A stretch of 32,000 nt of DNA, taken from positions 990,001-1,022,000 of the forward strand of contig OY969425.1 in NCBI GenBank assembly GCA_963699255.1. The letters run 5' to 3'. The stretch comes from an uncultured bacterium (lineage in GTDB: Bacteria; Margulisbacteria; WOR-1; CAVSGV01). The notes beneath the pieces were generated by a model, which saw only the letters and a program-made list of their open reading frames with translations, was not told the origin of the DNA and did not search any database. Both the position numbers and the translations under genes were made by a program. Each line of letters starts with the position of its first letter. Position 1 is the first letter of the stretch. Shown one piece after another: positions 15,997-24,761 of the stretch.

Positions 15997-17226
15997 CTAC
16001 TTTCCCTGATATACCGGGAACAAGATCCTTATATGTGAAACATCCTCCATCGCGGTATTCGCCCATCTCGGAAGCTGTTTGTTAAGCGACATGTGGTAAA
16101 CCGGCATCATTTCCCATCCTTCTTTACCTTTGTATTTGACCTCCACCAAAAATCTCTCGAGCAGCCGTTTTTCCCAATCAGGCTTTTCTATGTCATCTTC
16201 ACTATATCTTGGTTGAAGATAATACTTGAAAAACGGAGCCATTCCCTCAAAAGACTGATCGAGAGCGTTCAAGGGGCCTATCACCATCCACTGGGTGAGA
16301 GTGCGTGCCGTGATCATCTCCTTGCTCATCCCGTGGCCGGAGGGGATTATCTGGAACCCTCCGATCAGGCCGAGCGGGGAAGTGGCTATGCAAATTACCC
16401 CCGCGTGGTTCGCGCGTATTCGCCCGACATCGGCGTATTCGGAACCGAGGAACCTGCCAACTCCCTCTATCGGGCGCAGGACCTGTCCGATGTAACGCTG
16501 CTCCCCGTCAATATATTTGATGGTTATCAGCCCGCCGAACCTGTTCTCAAAAATGATCTCTTTCGGGTATCTCGCCGGCCTTTCGACATTGATCAAGATG
16601 ACATCCCCGATGCGGGGGATATATCCGGTCTTGAGCGGGTAAAGGTTCCCGCTTGAGTCGGAGGTGGACACCGTGTTGCCAACAAAAGGGGAATATCCTC
16701 CGCCGAATATGCCATGTCCTGCATTGATGTCCGTGTATATGGTGGCTTCCTGGCTTGTTCTCATTTTGGGATCGGCAGAGTAATCTTCTTTTGGAAGGAT
16801 GTTGAAGATAACGCCTTTATCATCGATCGAGTTGTAATCGGTCTTTATGTGGATGGCGTTCACGGCCGTAGCCGCAACGTCGCCGTCGTCGATCCACTTA
16901 GAAGCCGTATATCCCTGGTTGCTCACCATCTTAGCCGGAAGAATGACATGCCCGAGAGTTTTCCAGGTCTGGCCCTTATTTTCACTGACCTCGATCGATC
17001 CCCCTGCGGCGTTGGATATCCTGATCCTGTACATTTCCATCATCATGGGCCTGTTCTCCGGAGCTATTGATTCTGAGGTCCCGATAGTTTGGAGAGAAGA
17101 ATATGATTTACCCGCAAAAAACACTAAACCTGCGACTAAAGTCGCGGTTAAAGTCAAAATTATCCGAGACTTTACCCCAACACGTTGGTTGGGGTTTAGT
17201 TTCGGGGCATTTTTTTCATGTGGCAT
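15997..17226 (-). CDS. Hypothetical secreted/membrane-anchored protein
   Basis: Long open frame with signal/TM-like RIILTLTATLVAGLVFFAGKSYSS, then RIRISNAAGGSIEVSENKGQTWKTLGHV... The start lies 3 nt after the pepA stop. No family assigned. Confidence 0.75.
   Translation of the reverse strand: MPHEKNAPKLNPNQRVGVKSRIILTLTATLVAGLVFFAGKSYSSLQTIGTSESIAPENRPMMMEMYRIRISNAAGGSIEVSENKGQTWKTLGHVILPAKMVSNQGYTASKWIDDGDVAATAVNAIHIKTDYNSIDDKGVIFNILPKEDYSADPKMRTSQEATIYTDINAGHGIFGGGYSPFVGNTVSTSDSSGNLYPLKTGYIPRIGDVILINVERPARYPKEIIFENRFGGLITIKYIDGEQRYIGQVLRPIEGVGRFLGSEYADVGRIRANHAGVICIATSPLGLIGGFQIIPSGHGMSKEMITARTLTQWMVIGPLNALDQSFEGMAPFFKYYLQPRYSEDDIEKPDWEKRLLERFLVEVKYKGKEGWEMMPVYHMSLNKQLPRWANTAMEDVSHIRILFPVYQGK
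17127..17205 (-). repeat. Composite palindromic repeat copy 3, encoding the hydrophobic N-terminus of the 15997-17226 ORF
   Basis: AACCtGCGACT-aa-AGTCGCGGTT (17127-17149). ACCCCAA (17174-17180) / TTGGGGT (17189-17195) is nested between CCGAGACt (from 17164) and aGTTTCGG (to 17205). Confidence 0.88.
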
Positions 17227-17229
17227 CGG

Positions 17230-18729
17230 TCACAAGTTCTTGAAAAAATCAGCGAGAAGTCTTACGCCGAACCCCGTAGCACCGTTGCTGTTATACCCTG
17301 ATCCCTTTTCAAGATAAGCAGTGCCGGCGATATCTATGTGCGCCCAGGGAGTATCCTCCACGAACTTTTGAAGGAATATCCCCCCCACCGACGCGCTCGC
17401 TTTGCCTCCGCTCTCGGTGCAATTCATGATATCCGCGACATCGCTTTTCAGGTATTCCTTGTATTCCTCGTAAAGCGGAAGCCTCCAAAGTTTTTCGCCT
17501 GTCGTTTTAGAGGACCCTATGAGCTTCCCTACCAATTCATCGTCATTGCCCATTACCCCCGCAGCAGCATCACCCAGGGCGACCCGGCAGCCGCCGGTAA
17601 GTGTGGCTATGTCTATCAGTTTTTTTGCCCCGAGTTCCTTCGCGTACGCGATCGCATCGGCAAGTATCAATCTTCCTTCGGCATCCGTGGAGATGACCTC
17701 TATTGTCTTTCCGGACATGGAACCTATAACGTCCCCCGGCTTGTAAGCGTTCCCGCCAGGCATGTTCTCTGTCACCGGGATAACGGCGATCACGTTCACT
17801 TTCAGTTTAAGCCCGGATATGACTCTCATTACTTCTATTACGGTAGCGGCACCCGCCATGTCGGTCTTCATTTCAGCTAACTTAGAGGAAGGTTTAAGGG
17901 ATATCCCGCCGCTGTCGAAAGTTATACCCTTTCCGATCAATCCATAAGTTTCACTTTTCGCGCCGCCGCTGTATTTCAGGACTACAAGTTTTGGCTCTTC
18001 CTTTGATCCCCTTGATACGGAAAATAAGGCGTCCATGCCTTTTTTTATTATTTCATCCCTACCGAATACCTCGCAGGAGAGCTTCATTTCCTTTGCCATG
18101 GCTGCGGCATATTCCGCAAGATGGGTTGGAGTGTTCTTGTTAGAGGGGGAATTCACAAGGTCCCTTGCTTTGTTCGTGCTGTCCACAAGCACCTTTGCGA
18201 GTTCAACGCCGGGCTCTATCGACTTGATCTTTTCAGGGTCATAATCGACGATCACGAGCTCATCGACGACCGGTTCATCGTTTTCGATCTCGGTCTTAAA
18301 GCCCTTGAATTTGTATTCGCCAAGCAGCGACCCTTCCACAACAGATTGAGCAGCCCTCATAGGATCCAGGCCGCCGATCCCGGCTCCGTGTATGATGGTG
18401 GCGACCCTCTTTGCCCTGCATTTTTTTGCCGCTTTAATAGCGGCATCAGAAACTATCCTTACCTTGTCCAGATCAAAATCCCCGCTCTTGCCCAGCCCCA
18501 CGCAGATGACCTCATCCGCTTTTATCTTGCCGTATGTCTGGATCGGATACGTCGAGCCAAGCTTGCCGTTGATCGCCCCGCTGGCAAGAAGCTTCGATAT
18601 TTCTCCGCCCAGAGCTTTATCAACAGCGCCTGTCGCCCCGCCCGGATGCTTGACACCTTCAAATTCATTGACGATCAGGACATCGCACTTGCACTCGACC
18701 ACGGAAGCACATTCAAGTTTGATTTTCAT
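17230..18729 (-). CDS. pepA: Leucyl aminopeptidase (M17)
   Basis: VGKGITFDSGGISLKPSSKLAEMKTDMAGAATV and NTDAEGRLILADAIAYA-type motif (VISTDAEGRLILADAIAYAKELGAKKLIDIATLTGGCRVALGD). Start reassigned to MKIKLECAS at 18729 with AAAGGA upstream; the ORF track extends it to 18831 through repeats. Confidence 0.94.
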   Translation of the reverse strand: MKIKLECASVVECKCDVLIVNEFEGVKHPGGATGAVDKALGGEISKLLASGAINGKLGSTYPIQTYGKIKADEVICVGLGKSGDFDLDKVRIVSDAAIKAAKKCRAKRVATIIHGAGIGGLDPMRAAQSVVEGSLLGEYKFKGFKTEIENDEPVVDELVIVDYDPEKIKSIEPGVELAKVLVDSTNKARDLVNSPSNKNTPTHLAEYAAAMAKEMKLSCEVFGRDEIIKKGMDALFSVSRGSKEEPKLVVLKYSGGAKSETYGLIGKGITFDSGGISLKPSSKLAEMKTDMAGAATVIEVMRVISGLKLKVNVIAVIPVTENMPGGNAYKPGDVIGSMSGKTIEVISTDAEGRLILADAIAYAKELGAKKLIDIATLTGGCRVALGDAAAGVMGNDDELVGKLIGSSKTTGEKLWRLPLYEEYKEYLKSDVADIMNCTESGGKASASVGGIFLQKFVEDTPWAHIDIAGTAYLEKGSGYNSNGATGFGVRLLADFFKNL

Positions 18730-18753
18730 ATTGATCCTTTCACCTTCAATTCC

Positions 18754-18821
18754 GGAACCTGAGAGTAAAACTCTCGGTTCCTCTCTAATAAAAGGAACCG
18801 CGACTTTCAGTCGCAGGTTCC
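18754..18821 (-). repeat. Composite palindromic repeat copy 4 upstream of pepA
   Basis: GGAACC-t-GAGAGT-aaa-ACTCTC-GGTTCC (18754-18781) and GGAACC-GCGACT-ttc-AGTCGC-a-GGTTCC (18794-18821). Confidence 0.93.
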
Positions 18822-18834
18822 AGGCTTCCACTAT

Positions 18835-19410
18835 CTAGAATTTCACCTTGGGAACTGCTTTTGCGGAAGGCGCGGCCTCAAAATACGGCTTCACCTTATC
18901 AAAACCGAATTTGTGAACAAAGAAAACCCCGGGGATCTTTTGCGCCGCGGTATTATACCTTTGAACGGATTCGTTATAACGCATCCTCTCGACCGCTATC
19001 CTGTTCTCCGTGCCGGCAAGTTCATCCTGAAGCCTTACAAAGTTCTCGCTGGCCTTTAAGTTCGGATAATTTTCCGCTATGGCTAGAAGTCTGGACAGAG
19101 CGGAATTCATCTCATTTGCCGCGACTATCTTATCCGCCTGCGACCCTATCTTTATTGCGCCGGCAAGCTTCGTGCGTGCCTCCGCGACCTGTATGAATAT
19201 GCTCTTTTCATGCTTCGCGTAGCCTTTCACGACCTCGACAAGGTTCGGTATAAGGTCATTCCTTCTCTGGAGCTGGTTCTCGACCTGCGCCCAGGATTGG
19301 ATCACGCTCTGATCGAGCCCGACAAAACTGTTATACATGCCGACAGTGATAAGTATCAGAACGATCAACACGCCGAGGACCCACACCCAAGGCTTATTCC
19401 ATTTTTCCAT
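18835..19410 (-). CDS. lemA: LemA family protein
   Basis: YNSFVGLDQSVIQSWAQVENQLQRRNDLIPNLVEVVKGYAKHEKSIFIQVAEARTKL...RYNESVQRYNTAAQKIPG. GGAGGAATAAAT RBS at the internal Met (19410). Confidence 0.93.
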   Translation of the reverse strand: MEKWNKPWVWVLGVLIVLILITVGMYNSFVGLDQSVIQSWAQVENQLQRRNDLIPNLVEVVKGYAKHEKSIFIQVAEARTKLAGAIKIGSQADKIVAANEMNSALSRLLAIAENYPNLKASENFVRLQDELAGTENRIAVERMRYNESVQRYNTAAQKIPGVFFVHKFGFDKVKPYFEAAPSAKAVPKVKF

Positions 19411-19435
19411 ATTTATTCCTCCTCTAGAAGCTTCG

Positions 19436-20269
19436 TCAGAAGCTTCTTCCTGACCCTCCTCCGCCGCTTCGCCCTCCTCCAAATCCGCCGAATCCCCCTC
19501 CGCCGCCGAAACCTCCAAAGCCCCCTCCCCATCCGCCAAAACCGCCGTAATAGCCGCCCGTGGAAAAAAGGGCCCCTATCACGAACCCGAACAAAATACC
19601 GGCAACTCCGGCGACAAAAAATCCGACAACAGCCCCTATCAAACCGGAAACCAGAGCCCCTGTCAGCGTGCTGCCCAGGAACGCAATGATCCCGATCAAT
19701 ATTATAACAGAAAGAGCCAGCAAAACTGAATATATGTTCAGGTTGATCTGCTCAAGTTTTGACTGCGGCTTGTTCGAGTATTCCTTCATTATCCGGTCGT
19801 AAAACGCGAGGCTGGCCATGTACAATCCCCTGCCGTAGTTGCCATCTTTGAATTCGGAAAGGGCGTACTTATCGAGGACCTCGCCGGCGAAACCGTCGGT
19901 TATGACGCCTTCAAGGCCATAACCCACTTCAACTTCTACGCGGCGTTCTTTCTTGCTTTTCACCAGAAGTATGAGGAGCCCGTTGTCCTTTTCCTTCTTG
20001 CCTATTCCCCATTTTTCGAACAGCTGCGTCGCGTATGACTTTGAATCCAGAGGATATGTTGATTTTACGGTGACTACCGCCAGTTCAGCTCCGGTGTTCT
20101 CTTTCAGCTTGTCCGCAAGGACATCCAGTTTCGAGGAATTTGCCTGATCGATGACCTTTGCGAAATCATTCACGTATCCTGTGTAAGCGGGGAATTGGAT
20201 TTCCGCGCAGTAAGAGATGGTGGCCAGTGCCGCGATGAGCAGAAAGCTATTTAAGATCTTTTTCATCAA
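19436..20269 (-). CDS. TPM-domain (YgcG-like) protein with glycine-rich C-terminus
   Basis: FPAYTGYVNDFAKVIDQANSSKLDVLADKLKENTGAELAVVTVKS...GYGLEGVITDGFAGEVLD; Gly-rich tail GGFGGWGGGFGGFGG. Confidence 0.9.
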   Translation of the reverse strand: MMKKILNSFLLIAALATISYCAEIQFPAYTGYVNDFAKVIDQANSSKLDVLADKLKENTGAELAVVTVKSTYPLDSKSYATQLFEKWGIGKKEKDNGLLILLVKSKKERRVEVEVGYGLEGVITDGFAGEVLDKYALSEFKDGNYGRGLYMASLAFYDRIMKEYSNKPQSKLEQINLNIYSVLLALSVIILIGIIAFLGSTLTGALVSGLIGAVVGFFVAGVAGILFGFVIGALFSTGGYYGGFGGWGGGFGGFGGGGGFGGFGGGRSGGGGSGRSF

Positions 20270-20687
20270 AAAATATCGCTATTTCCTTTTTTGCGGATCC
20301 GGGTGAATCAGACCCGTGGCAGACATTCATCATCGTCCCGTCTTCTGTGAATAAAGGTTCGCCGATATTATCGCCCCTTATGGTGCCGGGAAGGGCCTGC
20401 CTGGGGTCGGTCGCTCCCATCATGCTCCTGATACGGGCTACCGCATCTTCTCCTTCAATAATGGACATTATCACAGGCCCCGAGGTGATGAACTTGATCA
20501 GCCCTTCATAAAAAGGCTTCCCTTTATGGACGGAATAAAGCTGCTCCGCCTGCTCCCGCGAGATGCCCACCCTTCGCTTTATCAATATCTTGAATCCCGA
20601 CTCAACGAGGTGCGAGAAGATAAGATTTGAAAGATATCTCTTTACTCCGTCGGGCTTCACCATGAAAAAAGTTCTTTCGACAGCCAT
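20247..20687 (-). CDS. ndk: Nucleoside diphosphate kinase
   Basis: ERTFFMVKPDGVKRYL, ATDPRQALPGTIRGD, NVCHGSDSPGSAKKEIAIFF. Confidence 0.96.
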   Translation of the reverse strand: MAVERTFFMVKPDGVKRYLSNLIFSHLVESGFKILIKRRVGISREQAEQLYSVHKGKPFYEGLIKFITSGPVIMSIIEGEDAVARIRSMMGATDPRQALPGTIRGDNIGEPLFTEDGTMMNVCHGSDSPGSAKKEIAIFFDEKDLK

Positions 20688-20692
20688 ACCGG

Positions 20693-22063
20693 TTAAATCC
20701 TTTTTTTCGCGCTCTGTATGGCCCTGAGGACCTGTCTGGTCGCGGTCCCTCCGATCACATTGCGCGCTTCAATGCTTTTCTCGATCGTTATTGACCCGTA
20801 AACATCTTCATCGATCATGTTCGAAAATTTGCGGAACTCCCGCAGCGAAAGGGCATTGATATCCTTTTTTGACTTCTCGCAGTAAGCCACTATATTCCCC
20901 GCGGTTTCATGCGCCGCGCGGAAAGGCATGCCCTTCCCCACCAGGTAATCAGCCAGGTCCGTTGCGACGATAGTGTTCCTCACCGCGTTCTTCATCGCTT
21001 TCGCGTTTATCTTCACGCTCGACAACATCTCGGAAAATATGTTAAGCGATGCCTTAAGCGTATCTAAAGAGTTGAATAAAGGCTCCTTGTCTTCCTGAAG
21101 GTCCCTGTTGTATGTAAGAGAAAGCCCTTTCATTACCGTTAATATATTGAAAAGGTCGCCGTAGACCCTTCCTGTCTTGCCGCGCACCAGCTCCGCCACG
21201 TCCGGGTTCTTTTTTTGAGGCATAAGTGAACTGCCGGTGGTATACGCGTCCCCGATCTCGATGAACCCATAATCCGAGGACGACCAGAGGATAAGCTCCG
21301 AGCAGAACCGGGACAGATGCATCATCGCGAGCGACGTGCAGAAAAGCGCTTCCGCCACAAAATCGCGGTCCGATACGGCATCCAGGCTGTTCAGGGAGAT
21401 GTTCTTAAATCCCAGTGCTTTAGCCAGAGCGGCCCTGTCAACGGGGTACGCGCAGCCCGCCAGGGCGCCGGATCCCAGAGGCATTACGTCTATACGCTTC
21501 AGCGCATCGTTGAATCGCTCCCTGTCGCGCTGGAGCATCTCGAAATAAGCCATTACATAGTGGGAAAACAGTATCGGCTGGGCCTGCTGCATATGCGTGT
21601 AGCCAGGCATGATGACGGAGATGTTCTCTTGCGCTATCTTTATCAAGACTTTCTGGAGGACGGATAAATTATTCAATACCTCGCTAATATCTTTCTTCAG
21701 GTAAAGGCGCAGGTCGGTAGCGACCTGGTCATTACGGCTGCGTCCCGTATGGAGTTTCTTGCCCGTGTCACCGATCTTCTTTATCAGAAGGCTTTCAATG
21801 TTCATGTGGATGTCTTCGAGCTCTCCCTTTAACTTGAGCTTCCCATTTTCTATCCCGGCCAGGATGCCGCTAAGGCCCTTTATGATCCTGCCCGCTTCAG
21901 CCGACGTGATCACTTTTGCCCGCTTTAGGGCATTCGCCCAAGCGATGCTCCCCGCCACGTCTTCTTTATAAAGGCGCTTGTCAAAGTCGATGGATGAGGT
22001 GAACTTTTCCGCGCTCTTGCTCATCTCGCCCTTAAAGCGTCCCGACCAAAGCTTTTTAGCCAT
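20693..22063 (-). CDS. argH: Argininosuccinate lyase
   Basis: [69 protein letters not shown]. Confidence 0.97.
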   Translation of the reverse strand: MAKKLWSGRFKGEMSKSAEKFTSSIDFDKRLYKEDVAGSIAWANALKRAKVITSAEAGRIIKGLSGILAGIENGKLKLKGELEDIHMNIESLLIKKIGDTGKKLHTGRSRNDQVATDLRLYLKKDISEVLNNLSVLQKVLIKIAQENISVIMPGYTHMQQAQPILFSHYVMAYFEMLQRDRERFNDALKRIDVMPLGSGALAGCAYPVDRAALAKALGFKNISLNSLDAVSDRDFVAEALFCTSLAMMHLSRFCSELILWSSSDYGFIEIGDAYTTGSSLMPQKKNPDVAELVRGKTGRVYGDLFNILTVMKGLSLTYNRDLQEDKEPLFNSLDTLKASLNIFSEMLSSVKINAKAMKNAVRNTIVATDLADYLVGKGMPFRAAHETAGNIVAYCEKSKKDINALSLREFRKFSNMIDEDVYGSITIEKSIEARNVIGGTATRQVLRAIQSAKKRI

Positions 22064-23262
22064 TTTTATGCTTCCTTCCCCAAACCTTCATGGGCAGCCC
22101 GAACAGATTGATGAAGCCTTCTGCATCTTTCTGGTCGTAGACCTCCTCTTTTTCAAAGGTCGCCAGGTGCGGATCATACAGGGAATCAGGCGACTTTCGG
22201 CCGACCACCGAGCAGCTGCCTTTATAGAGCTTCAGCCGCACGGTGCCGTTCACGGACTTCTGGGTTTCATCGATGAACTTATCAAGGGACTCTTTCAGCG
22301 GAGAGAACCACTGGCCGTTATATATCATCTCGGCATATTTTATGGCGACCGCTTCCTTGTAATGCGCCGTGTCGCGCTCAAGCGTGATGGATTCGATGTC
22401 CTTATGGGCGGTCATCAGTATCGTCCCGCCGGGGGTTTCGTAAACTCCGCGTGATTTAATGCCGACAAGCCGGTTCTCCACGATATCGACGCGGCCGATC
22501 CCGTTCTTCCCTCCAATCTCGTTCAGTTTCGAGACCAGCGACACGCCGTCCATTTTCTTCCCGTCTAGAGCCACGGGAATGCCGGCTTCGAATGTTATCT
22601 CGACATAAGTAGATTTGTCAGGAGCTTTTTCGGGGGAAATGGAGAGCACGAACATGTCGTCTCCTGGCTCTTTCCAGGGATCCTCCAGGATGCCGCCTTC
22701 AAAGCTTATGTGCCACAGGTTGCGGTCAGATGAATAAGGCTTTTCCTTCGTTACCGGAACGCTGATCCCTTTTTTCTTCGCATATTCCATTTCTTCCTGA
22801 CGCGATTTTATATCCCACTCGCGCCATGGAGCTATTACCTTAAGCTCGGGAGCCAGCGCTTTATATGTAAGCTCAAAGCGGACCTGATCATTGCCTTTTC
22901 CGGTGGCGCCGTGGGCAACGGCATCCGCGCCCTCTTTTTTGGCGATCTCAACTTGCCGCTTCGCTATCAGCGGGCGCGCTATCGAGGTCCCCAGAAGATA
23001 CCGGCCTTCATATACGGCTCCCGCCTTTATCATCCTGAAAAGATAGTCCTCGACGAACTCCTTTTTAAGGTCTTCTATATAGACCTTTGAAGCCCCCGTT
23101 TTGCTCCCCTTTTCCTTAAGCCCTTCGAGCTCTTCCGCCTGGCCGACGTCAGCCGCCATGGCAACGACCTCGCAGCCGTACTTTTCCTTGATCCACGGTA
23201 TCATCACTGATGTATCAAGCCCACCCGAGTATGCCAGAACTACCTTCTTAATACTTTTCATA
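22056..23262 (-). CDS. argG: Argininosuccinate synthase
   Basis: [73 protein letters not shown]. Start placed at ATG 23262; the ORF-track start at 23300 lies in the adjoining repeat. Confidence 0.97.
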
Positions 23263-23291
23263 TATTTTTCCTTTTTAATTAACAATTTCTC

Positions 23292-23392
23292 AATTAACAA
23301 TTAACAACAAGGAAAAATTACAATTAAATTACTAATATAAGTCGCCGAAGGCGACACCCTGTTGTTCATTGTGTCATTGTTAATTGTTAATT
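23292..23392. repeat. MITE-like element between argF and argG with 16-nt inverted ends and a central hairpin
   Basis: AATTAACAATTAACAA (23292-23307) / TTGTTAATTGTTAATT (23377-23392), exact. Central GTCGCC-gaa-GGCGAC (23341-23355). Confidence 0.82.
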
Positions 23393-23397
23393 TATTT

Positions 23398-24333
23398 TCA
23401 GTCCTCCATCAATAACGCCAGTATCGCCTTTTGCACATGGAGCCGGTTCTCCGCCTGGTCAAAAACCACGGAATATTTGCTGTCCATCACGTCGCTCGTT
23501 ATCTCCTGTCCGCGGTGGGCAGGCAGGCAGTGCATCACTATAACGTCTTTTTTCGCCTTATTTACCAGGTTAAAATTGACCTGGAATTTCCTGAACGCCT
23601 TGATCCTTTTCGCCGTTTCTTTTTCCTGCCCCATGGATGTCCAGACATCCGTGTAGATGACATCCGCGCCGACGACCGCGTCGCTGGCGCTGTTCACTAT
23701 CTCTACGGCCGCCTTGGACTTCCTGGCATCTTCCCGCGCGACAGCCAGCAGCTTCTTATCCGGCTCATATCCTTTTGGGCACGCCGCTATGAATTCCATC
23801 CCCGTCTTGGCGCAGGCGGACATAAGGGAATGGCACACGTTATTGCCGTCCCCGATATAAGCCACCTTGACACCCCGGAGCTTTCCTTTTTTCTCCCATA
23901 TTGTGAACAGGTCGGATAACGCCTGGCATGGGTGGAGAAGGTCGGTCAGGCCGTTTATCACGGGGATCGACGCGTATCGCGCGAATTCAATGACGCTTTC
24001 ATGCGCAAAGGTGCGTATGACAACGCCGTCCACGTAGCGGGAAAGGGTCCTTGCTATGTCCGGCACGGATTCGCCCTTTCCGAAACGGAGTCCCGCGGCA
24101 TCCAGGTCGACGGCAAGCCCTCCGAGCTGCCACATCCCCACCACAAAAGAGACGCGGGTACGGTTCGACGGCTTGTCGAATATCATCGCGAGCGTTTTGC
24201 CTTTCAGAAGTTTGGGGGTTAAGCGTTTTTTTGCCCGATTTTTCATGAATTTCGCAAGGTTGAGGATCATCTGGACCTCTTCCTTTGAAAGGTCATGGAT
24301 GGCTATCAGGTCTTTATTTCGCAGTTTTGCCAT
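23398..24333 (-). CDS. argF: Ornithine carbamoyltransferase
   Basis: FDKPSNRTRVSFVVGMWQLGG, HPCQALSDLFTIWE, VMHCLPAHRGQEIT. Confidence 0.96.
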   Translation of the reverse strand: MAKLRNKDLIAIHDLSKEEVQMILNLAKFMKNRAKKRLTPKLLKGKTLAMIFDKPSNRTRVSFVVGMWQLGGLAVDLDAAGLRFGKGESVPDIARTLSRYVDGVVIRTFAHESVIEFARYASIPVINGLTDLLHPCQALSDLFTIWEKKGKLRGVKVAYIGDGNNVCHSLMSACAKTGMEFIAACPKGYEPDKKLLAVAREDARKSKAAVEIVNSASDAVVGADVIYTDVWTSMGQEKETAKRIKAFRKFQVNFNLVNKAKKDVIVMHCLPAHRGQEITSDVMDSKYSVVFDQAENRLHVQKAILALLMED

Positions 24334-24390
24334 AAAAACCCCCTTTAGGAAGACTCAAATATAGCATAAGGAAAGGGCGTTTTCAAATAA

Positions 24391-24563
24391 GGCAAGGCAC
24401 ATGATGGCAAAGGAAGGCAAAAGAAGATGTTGAAGATTATAAGGCTTAAGGCTTGGGGCAAAACAATAAATTCAAAAGCCTTACGCCTTAAGCCTTGTAC
24501 CTTAAGCCCTTATACTGCCATCAATCGCCATCCTTTGCCATTTTTTGCCTTTTTTTTGACAAA
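24391..24563. repeat. MITE-like element with two nested inverted word arrays
   Basis: Outer ATGGCAAAGGA (24404-24414) / TCCTTTGCCAT (24531-24541). Inner AAGGCTTAAGGC (24441-24452) / GCCTTAAGCCTT (24485-24496). Confidence 0.72.
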
Positions 24564-24621
24564 AATAATTGCTCAAAAAATGAAATTTTCAGGCCGACTT
24601 GACGATATAAAGGCAGAAAAT

Positions 24622-24697
24622 AATAAGCCCGTTTTGGAGACTCAAGCGCTCCCCTCTAAAACCTCAGATGCTTGATCCCTTCGGGCTTATTTTTTTG
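24622..24697 (+). ncRNA. Candidate pseudoknotted small RNA and/or (possibly bidirectional) terminator
   Basis: AATAAGCCCG (24622-24631) / CGGGCTTATT (24682-24691) plus T-run. Interior stem TTTTGGAG (24632-24639) / CTCTAAAA (24654-24661). Its loop TCAAGC (24642-24647) can pair with GCTTGA (24670-24675). Confidence 0.4.
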
Positions 24698-24761
24698 CCC
24701 AGAAAAACCTTATTGCGCGGGTAATATTATTCCGGAAGGAAGAGATGGGGAGTTCTTGAGG

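Noticed and set aside
19436-19530. Apparent repeat cluster of CCxCC/GCCGCC units
   Set aside because: Codon-level repetition from the Gly-rich TPM-protein tail, not an independent DNA repeat.
19411-19539. N-terminal acidic extension of lemA (MADGEGALEVSAAEGDSADLEEGEAAEEG...)
   Set aside because: It is the out-of-frame reading of the glycine-rich 3' end of the TPM-domain gene. A strong RBS and ATG exist at 19410.
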